From NCBI GenBank assembly GCA_965262985.1, contig OZ253576.1, positions 1,031,806 through 1,095,805 on the forward strand: a stretch of 64,000 bases of DNA. Reading direction: 5' to 3'. The position numbers were made by a program, and so were the translations under genes. Numbering within the stretch: position 1 is the first letter of the stretch; every line of letters begins with the position of its first letter. Under the pieces are notes generated by a model. That model had not been told where the DNA came from and searched no databases. It saw only the letters and a program-made list of their open reading frames with translations. The DNA is from Vicinamibacterales bacterium. Its GTDB lineage: Bacteria > Acidobacteriota > Vicinamibacteria > Vicinamibacterales > UBA8438. Positions 20,518 to 29,642 of the stretch are shown in pieces.

Positions 20518-22062
20518 ATGACCTGCACGTGCGTCCCGTTCGTCCGGCGCAGACTCCTTGTCGTGTGCGGGGTACTGGCGGTCGCTGGTCCCGCGGCGCC
20601 GCAGCCTGCGCCCGCCGATCTGCGCTTCGAGGTCGTCCTCGATGCCTCGCTGCCGGTCCAGCCAGCGGGCCGTCTGCTCGTCGTGCTCGGTGCCGATGAC
20701 CAGGTCGAGCCGCGGCGGCGCATCGGCCGCACCGGCCGGCGGGCCGCGCCCACCTTCGGGGTCGACGCGCCGGCGCTCGGTCCCGGAGACCGGGTGACGG
20801 TCGGCGCCGCCGCCGCGGCATTTCCGCTCGCGAGTCTGGCCGATCTGCCCGCCGGCGACTATGTCGCGCAGGCCGTGCTCGTCACCAACCGTGATCTGCG
20901 GTTGCCGAATGCCCCCGGCAACCTGTTCAGCACACCGCGGCGCGTCACGATCGACGCGGCGCAGACCGACCCGATCCGACTGACGCTGAGTGACCGGGAG
21001 CCCGCCGAGCAGCTTCCGCCCGATGACGGCGACCTGCGGTTCATCAGGATCCGGTCCGAGCTGCTGTCCGCGTTTCACGGCCGGCCCATCTTTCTGCGCG
21101 CCGGCGTCATCCTGCCGCGCGGCTTCGACCAGCAGCCGGAGCGCCGCTACCCCCTGCGTGTCCGCATCGGCGGTTACGGCGAACGTTACACGGCGGTCGC
21201 GTCGCTGATGCGACCCGGCTCGCCATTTCACGCTGCCTGGACCGCCGACGGCGCGCCGCGCATGCTGCTGCTGCACCTCGACGGCGCCGGCCCGTTCGGC
21301 GATCCGTATCAGATCGATTCGGCCAACAACGGACCGTACGGCGAGGCGATCACCCGCGAACTGATCCCGTATGTGGAACGGGAATTCCGGGGGATCGGGA
21401 CCGGGCAGACCCGCGTACTTGACGGCGGGTCGACCGGCGGATGGGTCTCGCTGGCCCTGCAGATCTTCTACCCGGACCTTTTCAACGGTGCCTGGGCCTC
21501 TTGCCCGGACAGCGTCGACTTCCGGGCGTTTCAGCTCGTCGACATCTACGGCGACGAAAACGCCTACCTCGACGCGCAGGGCGCCGAGCGCGCCTCCGCG
21601 CGCAATCTCGACGGCAACGTCCGGTTCACCATGCGTCATGAACTGCAGATGGAGAACGTGCTGGGCGACGGCGACCGTTGGACGACGTCAGGGCGCCAGT
21701 GGGGCGCCTGGAACGCCGCCTACGGTCCGCGGGGTACGGATGGGCGTCCCGTCCCGTTGTGGGATCCGCGGACCGGCGCCATCGACCACGCCGTGGCGCG
21801 CCAGTGGCAGCGCTTCGACCTCGCACGGGTGATCGCGCAGAACCGGAACGAGCTGATTCCGAAGCTCAGGGGCAAGCTGAACATCTGGGTCGGCGAGCTG
21901 GACGACTACTTCCTGAACGACGCCGTGCACCTGTTCGAACGGTTACTCCAGACTCTGCCTGCTCTCGACGCGCGTATCGCCTACGGCCCCGGCCGGGGCC
22001 ACTGCTGGACCGGTATCTCGCCGGCCGAGATGCTGCGCGAGATGGCCGCCGCCGTCCGCTAA
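20518..22062 (+). CDS. Secreted alpha/beta-hydrolase (putative esterase)
   Basis: Signal peptide, DSANNGPYG, nucleophile elbow GGSTGG, DDYFL, C-terminal His. Confidence 0.82.
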   Translation: MTCTCVPFVRRRLLVVCGVLAVAGPAAPQPAPADLRFEVVLDASLPVQPAGRLLVVLGADDQVEPRRRIGRTGRRAAPTFGVDAPALGPGDRVTVGAAAAAFPLASLADLPAGDYVAQAVLVTNRDLRLPNAPGNLFSTPRRVTIDAAQTDPIRLTLSDREPAEQLPPDDGDLRFIRIRSELLSAFHGRPIFLRAGVILPRGFDQQPERRYPLRVRIGGYGERYTAVASLMRPGSPFHAAWTADGAPRMLLLHLDGAGPFGDPYQIDSANNGPYGEAITRELIPYVEREFRGIGTGQTRVLDGGSTGGWVSLALQIFYPDLFNGAWASCPDSVDFRAFQLVDIYGDENAYLDAQGAERASARNLDGNVRFTMRHELQMENVLGDGDRWTTSGRQWGAWNAAYGPRGTDGRPVPLWDPRTGAIDHAVARQWQRFDLARVIAQNRNELIPKLRGKLNIWVGELDDYFLNDAVHLFERLLQTLPALDARIAYGPGRGHCWTGISPAEMLREMAAAVR

Positions 22063-22149
22063 ACAACCGTCCGTTTGTTCGGAGGGTAGTCCCTGTTGGC
22101 CGTAGCGGTCTGGGCGTAGCCCATGGGAGTCGACGGACCCGGCATGCGG

Positions 22150-22388
22150 CGAATCCGATCTCCTTATGGGGCGCGAAGCACGCCAACTTCGCGGATCACG
22201 GCATTCAACTGAGCCGCAGCTTCCGCGCGGCAATCCAAAGCGGGCTCGATCTGGCCGCTCGGGCCGCGGAATACGCCAGCACGAGCCGCACGCTGGAATT
22301 GATGTCGGCGTCGCTTGGTATGGTGTGCTTCCGCGTCAACCCCGCCGGCGTCGGCGAGGACGCCCTGGCCACCATGAACCGCTCCTGA
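22150..22388 (+). pseudogene. Fragment of a group II PLP-dependent decarboxylase
   Basis: NFADHGIQLSRSFRA and LGMVCFRV motifs. No N-terminus; internal deletion. Confidence 0.6.
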
Positions 22389-22649
22389 ACGTCTGAACCT
22401 CGGGCCAGTGCCGTGTGAAGATCGATGCGGCGCGACACGGTCGGATGATCGACGTGTAGCCGGGCACGCGGTCGAGAAGCGTACCAACCCCGTCCGTCGT
22501 GGTATCGTCATCGCCGCAGGAGGCAGCAGGTCGCCCCCGCATCTCCAGCGCACCGATGCCCGGCCGGTTCACGGAGGGTCTCGGGTGTTGCGGCGTGCGG
22601 TGATCGACTTGGCGGTGGCGAGACGGAAAAGCATGGGGAGGCAGGGCCG

Positions 22650-23111
22650 ATGACGCCGGAATTCGGGACGACACAACTCGATTCGCAGCCCATCGTGGGC
22701 ATTCGAACGACCATTCCGATGAACGAGATCGGGAAGGTCATGGGACCGTTGTTCGGGGAGGTGTACGGATACATCCAGCAGAGCGGCCAGACACCGGCCG
22801 GAATGCCCCTCGCGATCTACCACTCGACGCCCGGCGAAACCGTCGACCTCGAATGCGCGATGCCCGTTGCCTCGCCCATCGCCGGATCGGGCCGGGTCCA
22901 GGCCGGCGAGCTTCCCGCCGGGACCGCGGCGACCGTCACTCACCTCGGGCCCTACGACGACCTTGGGCAAACGTGGGCGGCGCTGACGGAGTGGATGAAG
23001 TCGCAGGGCCTCGACGCCGCGGGAGCACCCTGGGAGGTCTACGTCACCGACCCCGGCGCCGAGCCCGACCAGTCGAAGTGGCGCACGGATATCTTCTTCC
23101 CGGTTCGCTGA
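22650..23111 (+). CDS. GyrI-like small-molecule-binding domain protein
   Basis: ELPAGTAATVTHLGPYDDL..TW, PWEVYVTDP, RTDIFFPV. Confidence 0.88.
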   Translation: MTPEFGTTQLDSQPIVGIRTTIPMNEIGKVMGPLFGEVYGYIQQSGQTPAGMPLAIYHSTPGETVDLECAMPVASPIAGSGRVQAGELPAGTAATVTHLGPYDDLGQTWAALTEWMKSQGLDAAGAPWEVYVTDPGAEPDQSKWRTDIFFPVR

Positions 23112-23155
23112 TCCGGCGGACATCCTCCACAGAATCCAATGCAGGATGAGTGGTG

Positions 23156-23410
23156 ATGCCTGACGCGGGGCTTCCGGCACGGATACAGAGCCCCGAAGAA
23201 CGCGAACTCGATCTGAAACGGAACGAGCTCGCCAAGCTGGAAGCCGATCTCGTCGAGCAGGAACTCCAACTCTCGACCCTCCAGGCTGAACTCGCCGCGT
23301 TTAGGAATGAGTATCTGCGGGTCGTTGGGCGTCGGTACGCCGCGCTCGACGACCTCAAGGCTCGGATCGTCGAAGTCAAGGCGGCCCGGCGACCGAGCGA
23401 TGACTCCGCA
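23156..23410 (+). pseudogene. N-terminal coiled-coil fragment, probably of a J-domain-associated protein
   Basis: SPEERELDLKRNEL...EYLRVVGRRYAALDDLKARI, then degenerates. Confidence 0.5.
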
Positions 23411-23668
23411 TCAAGAGCCGCGACGCACAGGACGCCCTCTGCCAACTGGTCGAGATGGCGCACGAGCGCGGTGTCGTGGCCGTGGACGTGGCCGTGGCCG
23501 TGGCCGTGAACCGCATCTTGATCATCTGCGCCGAGAGCGGCAACACGCGGTCGGCCGGCTCCGGGTTCGTGAGAAGACTTGCAGCGTCCGGAGGACGAGC
23601 AGGGCAGCGGCGCTGGAGGCGCTGTCGCGCTCTCTGACGCGATATACTCGTCTCAGGAGGTGGCGCTT

Positions 23669-23887
23669 GTGACAGATCTACTCAAGGAGGCGTTCGCGGA
23701 GGCCACCCGTTTGCCCGACGACGAGCAGGACGCCTTCGCGCGATGGCTGATGGACGAGATCGAGTCCGAGCGGCACTGGTCCCGGTCGTTCGAGACCTCA
23801 CAGCGGCAGCTCGCCAATCTCGCTCGAGAGGCTCTCGCAGCGGATCTGGTCGGCCAAACTGAGCCGCTCGACCCCGACCGGCTGTGA
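23669..23887 (+). CDS. Putative antitoxin (72 aa)
   Basis: AGGAGG RBS. MTDLLKEAFAEATRLPDDEQD..A.WL..E.ESE..W family. GTGA overlap with a toxin stub. Confidence 0.7.
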   Translation: MTDLLKEAFAEATRLPDDEQDAFARWLMDEIESERHWSRSFETSQRQLANLAREALAADLVGQTEPLDPDRL

Positions 23888-23919
23888 AGTCCCGTCGCAC
23901 CAGGCGCTTCCATGAGTGC
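23884..23919 (+). pseudogene. Stub of a RelE/ParE-like toxin
   Basis: MKSRRTRRFHEC start coupled to the antitoxin stop, then unrelated sequence. Confidence 0.5.
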
Positions 23920-24039
23920 CGGGCCGGCCTCCAGCGCCCGCGCGACCGACAGCATGACCTCCTCGGCCCGCACCGTCTCGGCGTTGCCCAGCGCCCGCGC
24001 CAGCGCCCACCGGCACTCGTCTCAACGTTGTGATCAACC

Positions 24040-24096
24040 AGGGGTGGGGGAATTTACGATGACCGCAGGTGGGGGAATTTGGAGTGACCGTTGACA
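24040..24096. mobile_element. Orphan IS21-family end
   Basis: Two 25-bp-period repeats ggtgggggaattt..tgaccg ending in TTGACA. Confidence 0.7.
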
Positions 24097-24200
24097 GGGC
24101 GACCAAGGACGCCGTCGCTGACTACATCGAAGGCAATTACAATCCGTACTGACCTGCCCCCAGTGGTCGTACCAGTTCTTATGGGAGAGCTGGGCTCATG
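24097..24200. mobile_element. IS3-family remnants (transposase scrap plus TGACCTGCCCCC end)
   Basis: ATKDAVADYIEGNYNP resembles the IS3 integrase C-terminus. TGACCTGCCCCC at 24150 is an IS407-group-like IR. Confidence 0.5.
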
Positions 24201-24201
24201 T

Positions 24202-24474
24202 TCATGCAACCTCGATCAGCGCGCGCGGGTTCTTAGCCGCGATGAGCAAGAGCGTTCGAGCGGCGCCCGACGGTGCTCGCCGGCCCTGCTCCCACTCCTG
24301 CAGCGTGCGGACCGAGACCCCGAGCAGCTCAGCGAATCGCGGCTGCGAGAGCCCAGTCCCTTCCCGGACGGTCGCGACCGACGGCACTGTGGTGATCCTG
24401 CCGTGTTCGCCCAGCTTGAGTTGACGAAGCCCCTCCAGGATCTCCGCTCCGATCTTTCGCTTAGGCGCCGCCAT
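24202..24474 (-). CDS. HigA-like XRE HTH antitoxin
   Basis: GLSQPRFAELLGVSVRTLQEWEQGRRAPSG. Confidence 0.9.
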   Translation of the reverse strand: MAAPKRKIGAEILEGLRQLKLGEHGRITTVPSVATVREGTGLSQPRFAELLGVSVRTLQEWEQGRRAPSGAARTLLLIAAKNPRALIEVA

Positions 24475-24778
24475 CGATCTCCTCCTTGATCTTCTTCAAG
24501 ATGTGCCCCGGGATGCTCTCGGCCTCATTCTTGGCGTACAGCGTGAGCATCCATGTTTCTCGCTGTCGAGACCGCAGGTAGTAGATGACCCGAATCCCGC
24601 CGCGCTTGCCGCGCCCCGCGATCCCCCAGCGAATCTTACGGACCCCGCCGGAGGCGCGCATCACGTCACCCGCTTCCGGGTTGTCGGTCAACGCCTGCTG
24701 CAGTGCAGCATACTCGTCGTCCGACAGATACTCGTGGACGACGGACGTGAACAGTGTGCTCTCGACGAACGTCAGCAC
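24461..24778 (-). CDS. HigB/RelE-family toxin
   Basis: FVES..F, NPEAGD...SGGVRKIRW, GKRGGIRVIYY, LTLYAKNE. Toxin-first order. Confidence 0.9.
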   Translation of the reverse strand: MLTFVESTLFTSVVHEYLSDDEYAALQQALTDNPEAGDVMRASGGVRKIRWGIAGRGKRGGIRVIYYLRSRQRETWMLTLYAKNEAESIPGHILKKIKEEIDGGA

Positions 24779-24788
24779 TCTGGATCTG

Positions 24789-24817
24789 AATATACGTCAA
24801 AGACGTAGGTCCGTCAA
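24789..24817 (-). promoter_or_regulatory. Sigma-70 promoter of the higBA-like operon with palindromic operator
   Basis: Minus strand TTGACG-N17-TATATT. TACGTC-aaa-GACGTA palindrome at 24793-24807. Confidence 0.7.
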
Positions 24818-25069
24818 AGGCGGGCAACCGGCGCTCACACCCTGGGCCGTGACAAGGACAATCCTCCGACTCTGCTGAACAGCGTCAATCGCCATGGACG
24901 GTACCGGTTGAGCGCATCGCGCAGTCACCGATACTCTCGTAGGAGAGTATTGTTCCGAAATGCGTGCAAAATCGCTTGCCTGCGACAACGCCCGGGACAC
25001 AGACCCGTGCGGCGCGTGTCCGGCATGAGTGCAACGTCGAATCGACAACATGATGGGCCTGTAGTGATG

Positions 25070-25482
25070 TCAGCACGCGATGACCCGTACGTGGCCGTGA
25101 GCGCCGTACTCCAGGATCTTGGCGTCACGAGTCGCGAGCACGTACCCGAAGGCACGTGCTGTTGCGATGATGATGCGATCCGCCGGATCGTGAGGCGGCG
25201 TCCCCGGCAGTGCAGTCGATGCGACCAGCACGGACGTTGGCATCGCGGCCAGCGTCACCGAGGGCAACTCGCAGAAACGTTGGAACCAGAGACCGGCATC
25301 GAGCGCGAGCGCGATCTTCCCCTTCGCCACGAGCATTGCAATCTCCCATGCTGTGATGGGGGCACGAATAGCCGTGCCCCGTGCCGGTAGGTGTCTTGCA
25401 GTCTGCTCGCGGCTGGTTTGCGCAAGGGATCGTTGTGTGCGGTCCAGATGACGGCGCACGTATCGAGCAGGAAGTTCGTCAT
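25070..25482 (-). pseudogene. vapC: VapC PIN-domain toxin, frameshifted
   Basis: FLLDTCAVIW N-terminus and PITAWEI...DPADRIIIATA...TRD C-terminus in different frames. The break is at a 5-G run (25358-25362). Confidence 0.8.
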
Positions 25483-25489
25483 GTGGCCG

Positions 25490-25894
25490 TTACCCCGCAG
25501 CGTTCCAGTCCTGGTCGATCGGGTCTGTCAGATTCGTACCAGGCGAGATCGTCACGGTGTCCTTCAGTGCACCAAAGATGTCTGCGAACGATCCGCTACG
25601 TTCCGCCGTGGACGATCCGCTGCCGGTATCTTGGGCCGGCGCGTCCCGTACGGCCTTCCGAAACACGAGCTTGCGTTTCTCCATGTCGACTTTCTCGGTC
25701 TCGTATCCCGCCGCGAGCCACGCCTTCGTCATGACCCAGTTGCCGGGGTTGTTGGACCACAATGCACGGTGCTTGAAGGCTGCCGGTGGCAGTCGTACAC
25801 CGATGACATTCTCGATTTCGTCGAAAGTCATGGGCACGCGCGCGCGGCCTGAATCACGAAGGTGTAATCCGAGCGGGGCGTACTTGCTGGTCAT
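25490..25894 (-). CDS. Putative VapB-type antitoxin with DUF7662-like N-terminal domain
   Basis: SKYAPL..HL, MTFDEIE.VIG..LP..A....WSN, AWLAAGY. C-terminal FGALKDTVTI...LTDPIDQDW. Directly upstream of vapC. Confidence 0.75.
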   Translation of the reverse strand: MTSKYAPLGLHLRDSGRARVPMTFDEIENVIGVRLPPAAFKHRALWSNNPGNWVMTKAWLAAGYETEKVDMEKRKLVFRKAVRDAPAQDTGSGSSTAERSGSFADIFGALKDTVTISPGTNLTDPIDQDWNAAG

Positions 25895-25906
25895 GGTGGT
25901 GTGTTC

Positions 25907-26094
25907 CTGGCAGTCCGTGGTGAAACCCCGCGTTGCACCGAGATTGGCGATGCGCCCGCTGCGCAAGGCGAGAAGAGGGAGCATACCTGTAGGGGCAACC
26001 CTTGTGGTTGCCCTGTTCGTCAGCCGGAGCAACGCCGTCAGTCGGGATGCAGCGCCGTTCGAATGCAGAGGGGCTTCTTGCCACGGGCTGCCAG
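25907..26094. mobile_element. MITE-like modular repeat, full copy D containing a GTAG REP
   Basis: ctggcagtccgtggtgaaa ... ttgccacgggctgccag termini. REP GTAG-GGGCAACC-cttgt-GGTTGCCC at 25989-26013. Confidence 0.85.
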
Positions 26095-26353
26095 CGTTGT
26101 AAATCTGGTGGCCGAGAATCCCGAGGCAGGCGTATCGCTCGGTGGCGGTGTCCGAAAGGTTCGAATCGCTTGTCCGGGACGCGGTAAGAGCGGCGGTGCG
26201 CGGGTGGTGTTTCTGTTTGCGGGCGAGGAATTACCCGTGTTCCTGCTCACCGTCTTCGCCAAGAACGAGAAGGCGAATCTCACCGTCAGGGAAAAAACGG
26301 CGTTGATCGCCTCTGCGAAGGAGCTGGTCGCAGACTACAGGAGAAACCCGTGA
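26095..26353 (+). pseudogene. HigB/RelE-family toxin, N-terminus replaced by repeat D
   Basis: NPEAG..LGGGVRKVR, GKSGGARVV, LLTVFAKNEK. No native start. Confidence 0.75.
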
Positions 26354-26658
26354 CCAAGGCATTCGAGAAGATCATGGCCGGGCTCGACGATGCGCGCGCC
26401 TACCTGAATGGCGATCGCTCCGGGTTCGCCGTGCATGCTATCAAGGTGTCCTATCCCGATGTCGTTGCGATCCGAAGCAGGACCGGACTGTCGCAACCGG
26501 CATTTGCCCGCAGCATCGGCATTCCGCTCGGTACGCTCAAGAACTGGGAGCAGGGGCGCCGGCGCCCGGAGGGACCGGCGCGCGTGCTGCTGGCGCTGAT
26601 TGACAAACGGCCGTCGATTGTCCAGGAAGAGCTGGGCCCCGGACTCCGGTCGTGTTGA
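26350..26658 (+). CDS. HigA-like XRE HTH antitoxin
   Basis: KAFEKIMAGL, GLSQPAFA..IGI..GTLKNWEQGRRRPEGPA. GTGA coupling. Confidence 0.9.
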   Translation: MTKAFEKIMAGLDDARAYLNGDRSGFAVHAIKVSYPDVVAIRSRTGLSQPAFARSIGIPLGTLKNWEQGRRRPEGPARVLLALIDKRPSIVQEELGPGLRSC

Positions 26659-26747
26659 CGCCCGAGAACGCACCCACCACAGTGCCCGCGCCGTTTCGGC
26701 GAAGAGGGTTCAGGTCCGGAATCCGTGCCAGAGCGCCGTCCGGATCG

Positions 26748-26954
26748 TCAGCTTCCCTCGGCCTGCACCTTTTTTCTGAGGTAACGCAAGAGGATCATGT
26801 ACCCGGCACCCTGGAATCCCGCCTGCGTGCCGATCCACAGGCCAACGCTACGGTCGTAGAGCAGCACCCAAAGCAGGAACACGCCAAGGACGATGATGGC
26901 GACGCCACAAAGAAATCGGACGGGCGCCCTTCGAATCGTGCTGAACAGTTCCAT
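26748..26954 (-). CDS. Small two-TM membrane protein
   Basis: Two hydrophobic segments. GGAAGGA upstream. Follows the beta-propeller gene. Confidence 0.5.
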   Translation of the reverse strand: MELFSTIRRAPVRFLCGVAIIVLGVFLLWVLLYDRSVGLWIGTQAGFQGAGYMILLRYLRKKVQAEGS

Positions 26955-26984
26955 TTGTCCGGGTTCCTTCCACGATGCCGGCAA

Positions 26985-28349
26985 TCATTCGTAGTCCGCG
27001 GCGGCCAGCGACGCGCGGATGATCTCCTGGTCGTTGCGGTGGACGATGTGACGGTTGGCGTAGGCGGGGTGTGACCAGTTCACGATGCGGTCATAGCGTC
27101 TGACGGCGCCCAGGCCGGCGCGGGTCGTCGGTTCGATCAGCGTCGTGCGGCTGAGTTCTTCGTAGCCGTCCGGCGTGAAGCGGGCGATGATCAGGTTGCC
27201 TTCGTCGCTGTTCAGGAAGTAGCGGTCGGCCTGGCGGACCATGAATGCCGTGCCCCAGCGGACCACGCCCCACTGGGCGCGGGCCTCGGCGTTCATCTCG
27301 ACGTTCTCCCAGACGCGCTCGCCGGTGCGGGCATCGAGGCCGCGGATCTCGCCGTTGACGCCCAGGCCGTAGAAATGATCGCCGATGATGATCGGGCTGC
27401 CGATCGTCGTGTGCAGGCCCTCCGGGCGGTCCGGGCTGCGGCTCTGTCCCTGCCAGAGCATCGTGGCGGCCGGCCGGTCCGGGTTGAGCCGCATCATGGT
27501 CGAACCGTTGTAGAGCTGTGAGACCAGCAGATAGTCGCCGCCCTTGACCGGCGTGGCGATCGCCATCCCGGCGCCCGCCGCCACCGGCTGCTCCCAGTAC
27601 AGCGCGCCGCTGACCGGATCCAGGGAGACCAGCGCCGAGGCATGCCACACGATCAACTGCCGGACCCCGCCCGCTTCGTAGATCACCGGCTGGCTGTAGC
27701 CGATCTCGCCGGTTACCGCGCCTGAGCGCCAGCGTTCAGCGCCAGTCAGCTTGTCGAACGCGACCACCATGCCGTCCGGTTCCGCCCCGACCACCGCGAT
27801 GAGCCGGTCGCCGTCGACAAGCGGCGCGCTGCTCACGCCCCAGGTGGGGATGGACGTGCCGTAGTCGGCGGCGAAGTCGGTCTCCCAGCGGACGGCGCCG
27901 GTCTCGACATCCAGACACAACAGCCGTCCGGTGGCGCCCAGCACGTACACGCGGTCGCCGTCGACGGTCGGGGTCGCGCGGGGCCCGATGGCGTAGGTGG
28001 CCATCAGCATGCGGTAGCTGGTGCGCCACTCGCGGCTCCAGAGCATCTCGCCGGTCGCCTCGTCCAGCGCCAGCACGCGTTCCATGCCGTCGGCGGTGCG
28101 TGACCCGTCGTCCTCCAGCCAGTCGGTGACGAACACCCGCCCGCCGGCGACAGCGGGGCCGGCGTAGCCGCCGTGGATCGGCACCCGCCAAGCGATGCGC
28201 AGCTCGGCGGGCAGCGTGTCGACGATGCCGGTTTCGTCCCAGAGCGCCAGGCGGTCGGGGCCGCGCCACTGCGGCCAATCGCTGGCGGTGAGGACGGCGC
28301 CCAGCAATCCTGTGAGGCAGATCAACGTCGCGGTGTGTCGCAGCGGCAT
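26985..28349 (-). CDS. PQQ-binding-like beta-propeller protein (BamB-like)
   Basis: Signal peptide, DWPQWRGP, GPRATPTVDG, Trp-docking repeats, WSHPA.AN. GGAG RBS. Confidence 0.88.
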   Translation of the reverse strand: MPLRHTATLICLTGLLGAVLTASDWPQWRGPDRLALWDETGIVDTLPAELRIAWRVPIHGGYAGPAVAGGRVFVTDWLEDDGSRTADGMERVLALDEATGEMLWSREWRTSYRMLMATYAIGPRATPTVDGDRVYVLGATGRLLCLDVETGAVRWETDFAADYGTSIPTWGVSSAPLVDGDRLIAVVGAEPDGMVVAFDKLTGAERWRSGAVTGEIGYSQPVIYEAGGVRQLIVWHASALVSLDPVSGALYWEQPVAAGAGMAIATPVKGGDYLLVSQLYNGSTMMRLNPDRPAATMLWQGQSRSPDRPEGLHTTIGSPIIIGDHFYGLGVNGEIRGLDARTGERVWENVEMNAEARAQWGVVRWGTAFMVRQADRYFLNSDEGNLIIARFTPDGYEELSRTTLIEPTTRAGLGAVRRYDRIVNWSHPAYANRHIVHRNDQEIIRASLAAADYE

Positions 28350-28459
28350 CGGAGGCTCCGTCAAAGGTGGCGTGCGTTCACGAACGGGTATGGTAAGACG
28401 TTGTGTCCCCCGCGGGGAAGCGCCGCCTGCGGCGCGTGGTAGACCATTTCGCGAAAGGC

Positions 28460-29503
28460 ATGTCGTTGACCGACGAATCACTGTCTCCGCCGTCCGCCCG
28501 GTTCAGCGCCTGGGAGCGTCGTACCCGGCGCTGGGCGCTCGCCCTGGCGGCGCTGGTCCTGGGGATCTCGCTGCTGCTCGCGCTCGTCCTGATCCGCTCC
28601 GGCCGGCCGGCCGGCACCACGCTGATTCTGGCCCTGGCGCCCGCCTGCGTGGCGTACGGGTGGCAGACCGGGCGCATCCGACGCCGGCACGCCCTTCTTC
28701 GCCAGCCGTTTCCTCCGGCCTGGGAAACGGTACTGCAGCGCGACGTGGTGTTCTTCCGCGTGCTCGACCCGCAGGCGCGGCAACGGTTTCGACGCGATCT
28801 GCAGGTCTTCCTGGGCGAGACGCGCATTACCGGCATCAAGGCGCCGATCGACACGACGACGCGCGTCTTGGCGGCGGCGAGCGCCGTCATCCCGATCTTC
28901 GGGTTCCCCGAGTGGGAGTGGGATCAGATCAACGAAGTGCTGGTGTATCCGACCCGGTTCGACGACGAGTTCTCATTCGGGGACCGGGAGGGCCACAACA
29001 TTCTCGGGATGGTGGGCACCGGCAGCCTCAATCGGTTGATGATTCTGTCGAAGCCCGATCTGATCAACGGGTTCAGGAACGCCGCCGACAAGCGCAACGT
29101 GGGCATCCACGAGTTCGCGCATCTCGTGGACAAGACCGACGGCGTGATCGACGGGGTGCCCGGGGTGGGCCTCGGGCGTGAGGCGGTCGGCCCCTGGATC
29201 GACCTGGTGCGCAGGAAGATGGCGGAGATCGAGGCCGGGCGGTCCGACATCAATCGCTATGCGCTGACCAACGAGGCGGAGTTCTTTGCCGTGACCGCGG
29301 AGTATTTCTTCGAGCGCCCCGGGGTGATGCAGCGCAAGCACCCGGAGCTCTATGCGGCGCTCGAGGGTATCTTCAATCAGGATCTGCGTGCGCGGGTGGG
29401 CGCGTTTCGGCGTGAGTTGACGCGAGGTCGTCCGACGTTCGGGCGGAATTCACCCTGCCCGTGCGGCAGCGGCCGCAAGTTCAAGAAGTGCTGTCTGCAG
29501 TAG
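28460..29503 (+). CDS. MtfA/M90 zinc-dependent peptidase with N-terminal TM helices and C-terminal SEC-C motif
   Basis: [48 protein letters not shown]. Confidence 0.88.
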   Translation: MSLTDESLSPPSARFSAWERRTRRWALALAALVLGISLLLALVLIRSGRPAGTTLILALAPACVAYGWQTGRIRRRHALLRQPFPPAWETVLQRDVVFFRVLDPQARQRFRRDLQVFLGETRITGIKAPIDTTTRVLAAASAVIPIFGFPEWEWDQINEVLVYPTRFDDEFSFGDREGHNILGMVGTGSLNRLMILSKPDLINGFRNAADKRNVGIHEFAHLVDKTDGVIDGVPGVGLGREAVGPWIDLVRRKMAEIEAGRSDINRYALTNEAEFFAVTAEYFFERPGVMQRKHPELYAALEGIFNQDLRARVGAFRRELTRGRPTFGRNSPCPCGSGRKFKKCCLQ

Positions 29504-29642
29504 AGCGGCCACCGTCGGCAGCACCGCGCCGCGCAGGGCGCCGCGCGCCGCCGCCTGAAGATCGTGGCGGGGCGTGCGCCAGGGGTTGCTATGATGTCCA
29601 GCGAGTCCCATGTCCCGTTCATGCCCGTGGCGACGGGCCCGC

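Noticed and set aside
23475-23510. Hexamer tandem repeat (cgtggc)n
   Set aside because: Short, imperfect and in a decayed region. No intact gene for it to phase-vary.
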